From an uncultured Nitrososphaerota archaeon (GTDB taxonomy: Archaea; Korarchaeota; Korarchaeia; Korarchaeales; Korarchaeaceae), in contig CAZUBM010000001.1 in the NCBI GenBank assembly GCA_964618805.1, positions 1-64,000 on the forward strand: a stretch of 64,000 nucleotides of DNA, read 5' to 3'. The number at the start of each line of letters is the position of its first letter. Position 1 is the stretch's first letter. The notes under the pieces are model-generated. The model saw only the letters and a list, made by a program, of their open reading frames with translations. It ran no database searches and had not been told where the DNA came from. The position numbers and the translations under genes are program-made. Shown here in pieces: positions 56,490 to 64,000 of the stretch.

Positions 56490-57461
56490 TTGTTGAAAGT
56501 TGACCTAAGGGCGGTGATTAAAATTAGCGAAGGAAAGACAAAAATACTTTCTTTCTGGGGGAAAGGGGGCGTTGGAAAGACAACATGTGCAGCATCTGCC
56601 TCTGTTTACCTTGCCTCAAAGGGATACAGGGTTCTGATACTAACAAGCGATCCGACACCATCTCTTTCGGATATATTTGATGAGAAAATAGGTGCAAGAA
56701 CGAAAAAATTAGCACACGGATTAGAAGCAATCGAGCTAAACGAGGAAACTGTATTAAATATGTGGAAAAACAGGTTTGGAGACGAGGTATACAAAGTAGT
56801 TTCTTCTTTCTTTCCAGTAGATAGAGGAATATTAGATTACATTTCTGGAGCGCCAGGGATAGCGGATGAGTTCATATTAGCATACATCTTGGATCTTTAT
56901 GCGTCCAGTACCTATGACTACATCATTTGGGATGCTGCTCCAGCTGGAGGTTCTCTTAGACTTCTGAAGATAGAAGAAAAATTTTACAAACATTTGGGAG
57001 ACGCTTCTAAACTGTACTTGTCTCTTAAATCGACATTAGATAAAATAAGAAGGGCAGGAGGAAGAGATCCGCTGAAAATAATTGGAGAATGGAGAAAGTT
57101 AGCAGAAGATGTTTTGGATCTAATATCTTCGCCTCAGTTCTCAGTTTACATCGTGACCATACCTGAATGGCTTGGTTTCTCTCAGACACGAAGGATAGTC
57201 AATGAGTTAAGAGAATTCAACGTGAGGGTTCCTGCTTTAATAATAAACCAAGTAGCAGTTAGAGATTTATGTAACTGTGATCTATGGATGAAGAAGGTGA
57301 AAATACACGAGAAATACGTTAATATGTTGAAGGAAACATATGGTTCCAGCATGGAAGTAATAGTGGTTCCAGTGCAGTCTTATGAGATCAAAGGTGTAGA
57401 AGCGCTCATGAAATTCTCTAGAAATCTGAACACTCTGCTGGATAATGAGCTTAAAACTTAG
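56490..57461 (+). CDS. ArsA/GET3 family ATPase (single domain)
   Basis: GKGGVGKTT, SDPTPSLSD, PGIADE, DAAPAG, IINQV. Confidence 0.88.
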   Translation: MLKVDLRAVIKISEGKTKILSFWGKGGVGKTTCAASASVYLASKGYRVLILTSDPTPSLSDIFDEKIGARTKKLAHGLEAIELNEETVLNMWKNRFGDEVYKVVSSFFPVDRGILDYISGAPGIADEFILAYILDLYASSTYDYIIWDAAPAGGSLRLLKIEEKFYKHLGDASKLYLSLKSTLDKIRRAGGRDPLKIIGEWRKLAEDVLDLISSPQFSVYIVTIPEWLGFSQTRRIVNELREFNVRVPALIINQVAVRDLCNCDLWMKKVKIHEKYVNMLKETYGSSMEVIVVPVQSYEIKGVEALMKFSRNLNTLLDNELKT

Positions 57462-57517
57462 CATTCGAAAACTCTTGTTCTTACTTCAAATGCTTCTTTA
57501 ATTCACTTTCCTACTTT

Positions 57518-58417
57518 TCAAAGCAAAGCCCCGAGTAAATATCCTATGCCCAGCAGAATTTGAGTAACTAAGACAATTGTAACATTTGCCCCAAGGGCAG
57601 GAATTAGCTTATCTCTTTCATTATAGTTCTCAATTGTGAGTTTAATTGACTTAGCTCCAATTGGGATTGTTAACAGGCCTAGTAAGGATGTTAATGGCAT
57701 TAAACCAACAGAGCTTGAACAAACAATCCAAAAATAAACAAAAATTGTGAGGATGGAGTAGATCCACCTGGCCTTTCTCCTTCCTAGTAAAATCACCAAG
57801 TTTTTCCTACCTACTTCTCTATCTGCTTCTAGATCGGGAAATTCATTGAGGAACAACAGATTAAAAACTAGAATTCCGGACGGGACAGCAGCAATAAATG
57901 CTTTCAAAGAGTAAAACTCCGTCTGAACTACATATGAACCAATTACGGGCAATAAGCCCAAGCCCATTCCAGCAGACAACTCTCCGAGTAACCACTTCGC
58001 TAGATGCGTCGTGTAGAAGAGGATGAAGATGGCCCCTAACACAATTATAGGGACCAAAAGCAGTTTAGTGATCATCAAGAAGATCAATCCTATAGCCGCG
58101 CCTAACGAAAAGCATATGATTCCGAAAAGATATGCCTTCTCCGGATCCAAAAGACCAGCTGGTAAAGTCCCACTTCCTCCGCTAAATGGAGTTTTTATCG
58201 TCTTGAAGTCGAGTCCACTTTTATAATCATAATACTCATTTAGCACGTTTACGCTCATGTGTAGGAATACTAAACCAACTAGCGCTAGGATAGCGCGAGG
58301 AATGCTGAGGAAACCATCATAATATGCCATCGCTGTACCCAAAAACACTAAAATTAGGGACAGTGGCAGGAAGTTAACCCTTGCCAAGGAAAACCATGCT
58401 TTTAACGTCTTTTTCAT
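57518..58417 (-). CDS. UbiA-superfamily prenyltransferase, MenA-like
   Basis: NEYYDYKSGLD..FSGGSG, NEFPDLEADREVGRKNL, multiple TM helices. Confidence 0.85.
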   Translation of the reverse strand: MKKTLKAWFSLARVNFLPLSLILVFLGTAMAYYDGFLSIPRAILALVGLVFLHMSVNVLNEYYDYKSGLDFKTIKTPFSGGSGTLPAGLLDPEKAYLFGIICFSLGAAIGLIFLMITKLLLVPIIVLGAIFILFYTTHLAKWLLGELSAGMGLGLLPVIGSYVVQTEFYSLKAFIAAVPSGILVFNLLFLNEFPDLEADREVGRKNLVILLGRRKARWIYSILTIFVYFWIVCSSSVGLMPLTSLLGLLTIPIGAKSIKLTIENYNERDKLIPALGANVTIVLVTQILLGIGYLLGALL

Positions 58418-58496
58418 TTTATCCTCCTCAGAAAATGATTCTTCTTATAACGTTTTTTATTTTTTATTACTTAGATTATTCAATAAGCGATGTTTC

Positions 58497-59741
58497 ATGC
58501 CTATTGATCCTTTAAAGATAAGAGAAGACTTTCCTATTCTGAAAAGGAAGGTAAATGGACACCCTCTAATATATTTTGACAATGCTGCAAGCAGCCAGAA
58601 ACCAAAGCAGGTGATAGAGGCAATTACTGAGTTTTACGAAAATCATTACGCGAATATCCACAGAGGAGTTCATACATTGAGCCAGGAAGCTTCAGAAGCT
58701 TATGAGGAGGCTCATACCAAGGTAGCTAGGTTCATATCAGCATCTAGCCCAGAAGAGGTAATATTTGTTAGAAATACGACAGAAGCCATTAATTTAGTTG
58801 CATACTCGTGGGCCTTACGCCAGTTAAAGCCTGGAGATGAGATCTTGATAACGCTAATGGAACATCACAGCAACATAGTTCCTTGGGAAGTACTTTCAGG
58901 GCTGAAGAAGGTTCGGATAAAGTACGTAGGGATTACGAAAGAAGGAACCTTGGATTATTCTGATTTTGAAGGAAAACTATCTGAGAAAACGAAATTAGTT
59001 GCTATGGCTCATGTATCAAATGTTTTGGGGACCATTAATGATGTTAAGAGGATTTGCCGATTAGCTCATGAAGTAGGAGCTCTAACATTAGTAGATGGTG
59101 CTCAGTCTGTGCCTCACATGCCAGTTAGCGTAAAAGAAATAGATTGCGATTTTTTGGCTTTTTCAGGCCATAAAATGCTTGGACCAAGCGGTATAGGGGT
59201 TCTATATGCTAAAAGGGAAATTCTGGAGTCTATGGATCCCTTCTTAGGAGGTGGAGACATGATAAGAAAAGTTCACTTCGATATTCATGCAGGGAGGTGT
59301 AAGATAGACTGGAACGTTCTTCCATGGAAGTTTGAAGCAGGAACTCCCAACATAGAGGGAGGCATTGGTCTGGGGGCAGCTGTTGACTACCTCACATCCT
59401 TAGGAATGGAGGAAGTTAGGAGATATGAGGAGCAGCTAGTTTCCTATGCATTGGATAGAATGAATGAGCTGAAGAAGATCGAAATATACGGTCCTTCTGA
59501 CCCTAAAATGAGAGGCGGGGTGATATCCTTCAATTTAGATGAGATGAGTCCCCACGACATTGCTATGATACTAGATCAAAGTGGAATAGCCATAAGAAGC
59601 GGATTTCACTGCGCCGAACCCCTACATGAGATAATAGGAGCATCTAGCGGTAGTGCTAGGGCTAGTTTTTATATCTATAATACTATTTCAGAAATAGACG
59701 TTTTCATAAATAAGTTGAAGGAGATAGAGGCCATAACTTAA
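58497..59741 (+). CDS. sufS: Cysteine desulfurase, SufS type
   Basis: YFDNAASSQKP, EHHSN, DGAQ, SGHK, RSGFHCA. Confidence 0.95.
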   Translation: MPIDPLKIREDFPILKRKVNGHPLIYFDNAASSQKPKQVIEAITEFYENHYANIHRGVHTLSQEASEAYEEAHTKVARFISASSPEEVIFVRNTTEAINLVAYSWALRQLKPGDEILITLMEHHSNIVPWEVLSGLKKVRIKYVGITKEGTLDYSDFEGKLSEKTKLVAMAHVSNVLGTINDVKRICRLAHEVGALTLVDGAQSVPHMPVSVKEIDCDFLAFSGHKMLGPSGIGVLYAKREILESMDPFLGGGDMIRKVHFDIHAGRCKIDWNVLPWKFEAGTPNIEGGIGLGAAVDYLTSLGMEEVRRYEEQLVSYALDRMNELKKIEIYGPSDPKMRGGVISFNLDEMSPHDIAMILDQSGIAIRSGFHCAEPLHEIIGASSGSARASFYIYNTISEIDVFINKLKEIEAIT

Positions 59742-59808
59742 TTAATGGTAAATGAGAACATCGTAGACAGGAAAAGGTCGGATGATATCTTATATTGAGG
59801 GAATTCCA

Positions 59809-60522
59809 ATGACCGTTAAGATAGTTGCTTTCAACCTATTTCGCACCCTTCTAGAGAACGATAACACGATTAAAGAAGCGTACAAAAGAATGTTAGCTGA
59901 TGTAAAGCTTCCCAATGATGAGAACATGCTTAAGGATCTGATGATAGTTGAACAACTAAAGCAGATATCAGATGACTTTGAAAGGGAAGTCTGGTGGGAA
60001 GAATTCTTTAGATCAAGAGGATTAGAGCTTGACGAAGTAAAACTAAAGGAGATGAAGAGGATATTCTGGGCAAAAAGGCTTCAACTCTCTAGACCTGCAA
60101 AAGGTGTGCTCGAAACATTAAAAAAATTGAAACTAATTGGGCTTAGAACAACTGCAATATCTTGTGAGGATGCCGGAAAGATACTCATACGCTCGTTATT
60201 AGAGAGAACAGGTTTATTTGGGCTTTTAGATTCTATATTTTGTCTGAAAGGAAGATCAAATGAGCTAAGGGCCCTTGATTCCATAGTTAAGATGCATGGT
60301 GTCAAAAAAGATGAGATAGCCTATGTTGATGTTTACTTAGAAAGAGTAATTACTGCTAAAGCAAATGGATTTGTTGGCATTTGGTTAAGCGACAAAAAAG
60401 TCTTTGAGATAACATCTGTAAACTCAGTTAACTCGATAACAGAGCTTCCAAGTCTGCTATCCTCCATGAGGGCTGGACCTAGCTGGTTTCACCGAGGAAC
60501 TGCTTCTTCAACATTTTTCTGA
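59809..60522 (+). CDS. HAD-fold protein with degenerate catalytic motifs
   Basis: IVAFNLFRTL aligns with motif I FDLDGTL; HAD-like core and cap layout; ATG 59809 follows GAGGG. Confidence 0.65.
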   Translation: MTVKIVAFNLFRTLLENDNTIKEAYKRMLADVKLPNDENMLKDLMIVEQLKQISDDFEREVWWEEFFRSRGLELDEVKLKEMKRIFWAKRLQLSRPAKGVLETLKKLKLIGLRTTAISCEDAGKILIRSLLERTGLFGLLDSIFCLKGRSNELRALDSIVKMHGVKKDEIAYVDVYLERVITAKANGFVGIWLSDKKVFEITSVNSVNSITELPSLLSSMRAGPSWFHRGTASSTFF

Positions 60523-60781
60523 ATTCTCTAGAGGAAAGAGAGAGCATTATAACGTCTTGAATGGATTTAATAATATTAACCCTCATTTCTACTGGTTTAA
60601 CACCTCTGAACCTCTTTTTTAGCCCAAATTCTTTAGCTATCTTATGAGAGGGCTTTAAGATAAGCCGAGTTAACTTCCATGAGTCTGTATCAACAAAAAT
60701 GTCCAAGACTTCTCCTATATTCTCTCCGTCTGATGTTAGTACATACATACCATAGATATCAGATACTTTCAATTCTATCAC
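60479..60781 (-). CDS. PRC-barrel domain protein
   Basis: SDIYGMYVLTSDGENIGEVLDIFVD; IKSIQDVIML. Confidence 0.85.
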   Translation of the reverse strand: MIELKVSDIYGMYVLTSDGENIGEVLDIFVDTDSWKLTRLILKPSHKIAKEFGLKKRFRGVKPVEMRVNIIKSIQDVIMLSLSSREFRKMLKKQFLGETS

Positions 60782-61617
60782 CTAGGAAAGCGAAACTCTA
60801 TCCTTGATAACGCATCTAATGCTGTCTTAATCAAACCCTCTTGAGAAGGCTTTAAGAACTGTATGCCCCCCTCCATCCCTTTAGGAGGAGATAGGACCAG
60901 AAATACTCCACCAACATATATCCTCTTTCTTTCTCCCCTACAAACCCATTTGGCATTATAGCTCGCTGCTAGTGCAGAAATGATGGAGAATTCCATCTCT
61001 GTGCACAGAACACCTAGTTTTTCTAAGAGTTCTAGGTTTTCTTGCGCTCTTGCTGGGAATGCTGAAAAAGAAGGATCCTCTATCTCATATAGGGCTTCTT
61101 TTGCGTGCGTAACTCCTACATGCAGATTTTTACCTAATTCATAACCATTTTGCTCCGCCGCTTTAACTAAGGCCATAACTACATCTGGATCCGCACAAAG
61201 CGGATATTTTGGACCAACTATTCTTTCAGAAACTCTTTCTTCAGCTATTGCTCCGGTAGTAACTACCAAATCTCCTGGTTTGACGAATCGCTGCAAGCTT
61301 CCGGATGTTCCAACTCTTAAAAGAACGGCATTTTCATGTTTATTAAAATCTATGCCTTCAATAACTTCTCTCACAACGATTGCTGCGGAAGAAGGGCCTA
61401 TTCCAGTATCGATGGCTGTAACAGGTTTCCCCTTATATGTTCCATTTATCATCAAGAATCTGCCATCTGAAATGACTTTTGGAGACTCAAGCTTCTCAGC
61501 TATTCGTCTAACTCTAACCCTAGACCCTGGTAGGAGTACATAGGGATTTACCTCACCAATCCTTGCCCCTATATGATGAAATCTCCCCTCTTCATCTCTA
61601 AAAACCATGATTGTCAC
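60778..61617 (-). CDS. Nucleoside phosphorylase (uridine phosphorylase/PNP-1 family)
   Basis: LLPGS..R, TGIGPSSAAIVVRE, LRVGTSGSL, EME. Confidence 0.85.
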   Translation of the reverse strand: MTIMVFRDEEGRFHHIGARIGEVNPYVLLPGSRVRVRRIAEKLESPKVISDGRFLMINGTYKGKPVTAIDTGIGPSSAAIVVREVIEGIDFNKHENAVLLRVGTSGSLQRFVKPGDLVVTTGAIAEERVSERIVGPKYPLCADPDVVMALVKAAEQNGYELGKNLHVGVTHAKEALYEIEDPSFSAFPARAQENLELLEKLGVLCTEMEFSIISALAASYNAKWVCRGERKRIYVGGVFLVLSPPKGMEGGIQFLKPSQEGLIKTALDALSRIEFRFPR

Positions 61618-62170
61618 CCTTATCGTACAAAAGCCCTGGCTCTCTTTGTTCTACAAATAGGGAGGTAGTTCTTTCATCATAACCAACGCTTGCTGGAGAT
61701 GTTAGCCTATGAAACAGGATCTGAACAATTTTCATTCCAGGATAGAGCTTAACTGGAGAGGTATTCTCACAAAAGATTTCTAGGATCATTGGAACTGGTT
61801 TCTTAAGGCCTGACCCTGGATTAACTAGTCCAGCAGCATGTACGATAACTCCAAGTCTAGCAATACTGCTCCTTCCTTCTAAGACCGCAGCTAAGCTCTT
61901 TGAAATAGCTATTTTCTCCCTAGTACATCCTAATACAAATTGTCCTGGAGAAATAAGGAAAGGTTCTTCCCCTGTATCTATTAATTCTGCTCCTCTATCA
62001 ATGCTCTCAAGCGATTCGGGATCCACTATGGTTCCAGGTTTAAACAGTCTAAACTTACTAGAAAGTGTTAAATCTACAGAGCAGGGGCCTAACATACTCA
62101 TATCAAATGGGACAATCTTAATTTCACCCCTTTCCATGGCAGAAAGTATGTCACGATCTGATAGTATCAT
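61598..62170 (-). CDS. dCTP deaminase family protein (paralogue 2, divergent)
   Basis: MILSDRDI, SVDLTL, EGRSSIARLG, LEI, LYPGMKIVQI. Confidence 0.85.
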   Translation of the reverse strand: MILSDRDILSAMERGEIKIVPFDMSMLGPCSVDLTLSSKFRLFKPGTIVDPESLESIDRGAELIDTGEEPFLISPGQFVLGCTREKIAISKSLAAVLEGRSSIARLGVIVHAAGLVNPGSGLKKPVPMILEIFCENTSPVKLYPGMKIVQILFHRLTSPASVGYDERTTSLFVEQREPGLLYDKGDNHGF

Positions 62171-63272
62171 ATGATCCCCCTTTTGAGAAGAGTTCTTTCA
62201 TCTTCATATAAAGCATTTCTAGTTGTCTGTTAGCAATCTTCTCCTGCCAAGGCTCTAGGGCCTCTGGAATTGCCTTTATAGACTCAATAATGTTGGCCGT
62301 CTTCTTTAAATGACCCAATATGTTACCACTAGTCCACTTTTTTCCATCCCAAAGTTTTTCCTGCCTTTCTGAGAAATCTCCTGGCTGATCTAAGCCTGGA
62401 ACATACATAGGAACCATAGATTTCAAGGTTTCTTTGGCTATAATGCATCCAAGCCTCTTTAGTTGCTTCTTTGCCCTCCATAAACTTTCATCTACTCCAT
62501 ATAACACCATGTCATAGTTGTTATAGGCCAAAGTAGTGAGATCAACTAAGGCAAATGCAACTATCCTATCGATTTCAAAAGAAGCAGCAACCTTCTTTAT
62601 CCTTAGAAGGCCCTTACCTGAAATGAATCCATAGAGTACCAGCTCCTTTATCCTAGAATCTAGTTCCTCGCATCTTTCAAAAAGGGATTTCAGGGAAACT
62701 TCTGCTGTCCTGCCAGTCGCTTCGGTGTCTGGCTTCACCACTATTATCTCCTCCTTTGGCGGAACAGAACTAAACTCCTTGTAATCAACCTTCAAGGCCA
62801 TTGATTCAGCGCCAAGATGATCTCTATAAGAAACCTTAACATAGCGAGGTCTCACGAAAGTCTGTCTTATTCTACCGACCATCTCTTCAAGAGCGCTGTG
62901 TAAGTGATATCCTGGAGCTGCCCTTAAGACGTGTAAGTGAACGATCTTGCTCGTATTTTCTTTGCTAATAGAGGTAAGCTTAAGGATGGGTCTGATAGCC
63001 TTGCGGGCACAGTTAAGGCATTTTGATGAGAGTTGGCTCCCTACGATGTGCTGATATGCAGCTATCTCTCTGGCTTCTACTGTATCAATGAGATAGGTTT
63101 CAAGGAGATCGTCGAAAAAGGGTCCTTCTTTGATCTTGTACAGAGCTAAATCCTTGGTGTCAAAGCTTAGAGATACCTTTTCTACAGACTCCGTGTCCAC
63201 ATCATTTTGTTCAATTAACCTTTCTAAGTCACAACCATTTGGTAATTCTCGGCTTATCTTAGCCCTGCCCAA
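62151..63272 (-). CDS. Divergent type I phosphoribosyltransferase, uracil-PRTase-like
   Basis: VLRAA (cf. ILRAG), KPDTEATGRT (cf. DPMLATGGS), YVPGLDQPGDFSER (cf. YIVPGLGDAGDR). Confidence 0.6.
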   Translation of the reverse strand: MGRAKISRELPNGCDLERLIEQNDVDTESVEKVSLSFDTKDLALYKIKEGPFFDDLLETYLIDTVEAREIAAYQHIVGSQLSSKCLNCARKAIRPILKLTSISKENTSKIVHLHVLRAAPGYHLHSALEEMVGRIRQTFVRPRYVKVSYRDHLGAESMALKVDYKEFSSVPPKEEIIVVKPDTEATGRTAEVSLKSLFERCEELDSRIKELVLYGFISGKGLLRIKKVAASFEIDRIVAFALVDLTTLAYNNYDMVLYGVDESLWRAKKQLKRLGCIIAKETLKSMVPMYVPGLDQPGDFSERQEKLWDGKKWTSGNILGHLKKTANIIESIKAIPEALEPWQEKIANRQLEMLYMKMKELFSKGGSYDTIRS

Positions 63273-63317
63273 TCTTAACAGGGAGGATTATAAACTTTGT
63301 TAGGCCTAATACAAAAA

Positions 63318-63602
63318 TCAGCGATATCTGATGCTAAATTCCCCAAATTCTCCTTTGTAAGGCTCCCAATGCACTTCAACATGGTCAACTCTCGCGAGAG
63401 GAGGCCCTGACTTACACCACTCTATGATCTTATCTACGGCCTCTTTATCGCCTTCAAAAATAGCCTCCACCCTGCCATCTAATAAGTTCCTGACCCAACC
63501 TTTTATTCCAAGCCGATCTGCTACCCTCTTAGTGTTAGCCCTGAAAAATACCCCTTGAACTATTCCTGAGACAAATACATGTGCCCTGACCTTCTCTCCC
63601 AT
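63318..63602 (-). CDS. acyP: Acylphosphatase
   Basis: GIVQGVFFR, GWVRNLLDGRVE, GPPLARV; ATG 63602 after GAGGTGG. Confidence 0.93.
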   Translation of the reverse strand: MGEKVRAHVFVSGIVQGVFFRANTKRVADRLGIKGWVRNLLDGRVEAIFEGDKEAVDKIIEWCKSGPPLARVDHVEVHWEPYKGEFGEFSIRYR

Positions 63603-63603
63603 A

Positions 63604-64000
63604 CTAACCACCTCTGCAAAGGAAATCGATTGTTGGTGATATGGCTCCATGCTTTAACTTTTTCGCAAACTCATGAGCCAAGATTAATGGCTTTGGTTGT
63701 TTATATGGACCCCAGAATCTTTTTACTAAGGACTTAGAGCTCTCAAAAGATACTAGATGTCCCGGGGATACAAACACAGGACTTCGTCCCCTTCTCCTAA
63801 CTACATGACCGACATTCTCCCCTCTGTACACAACTACTCCATCGACTATCTTTCCAACCAAGATGGATTTAGCTACTCCTATAGTTGGCCTACCAAGAAC
63901 CAATCCAGCATGACAAGCCTCACCGATTTTTTCTGGATGGGCTATTCCGTGTCCGTCTAAAAGGAGAATGTCAAATTCCATTTCCTTTGTTGCTGCCGCA
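63604..64000 (-). CDS. nfi: Endonuclease V, 5'-truncated by window edge
   Basis: LLDGHGIAHP, PTIGVAKS, PVFVSPGH, P.PLILAH. Confidence 0.9.
   Translation of the reverse strand, partial: AAATKEMEFDILLLDGHGIAHPEKIGEACHAGLVLGRPTIGVAKSILVGKIVDGVVVYRGENVGHVVRRRGRSPVFVSPGHLVSFESSKSLVKRFWGPYKQPKPLILAHEFAKKLKHGAISPTIDFLCRGG

Overview
Gene-dense chromosomal segment from an archaeon, probably a thermophile of the TACK group. Korarchaeia-like is a guess from the crenarchaeal-type SSB, an FtsZ-family paralogue, ThyX and a non-canonical tRNA intron. I found no mobile elements, CRISPR or rRNA. The first 31 kb is mostly housekeeping (thrS, mvk, thyX-dcd, trpS, acdA, ssb, tsr3, ino1, nre). It also holds several odd genes: an FtsZ/CetZ-like protein with a degenerate T7 loop coupled to a 592-aa coiled-coil protein, a membrane-anchored Rid pseudoenzyme, a LysW-like zinc ribbon ending in Trp, and a tRNA-Trp with two BHB introns. 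From 31 to 58.4 kb lies an energy-conservation cluster. It has an 11-subunit complex I-like operon (nuoABCDHIJKMLN, no nuoEFG) whose NuoL lateral helix is about twice the normal length, built from 28-aa modules that include an exact 84-bp tandem duplication, although only one nuoM is present. It also has isoprenoid/quinone genes (B12 radical SAM, polyprenyl synthase, two GGRs, MenA-like) and a Tat-less [NiFe]-hydrogenase resembling the group 1h/1l lineage with its Hyp maturation genes. The window ends in an atypical pyrimidine-salvage operon. All family assignments come from motif recognition by eye; no searches were run.
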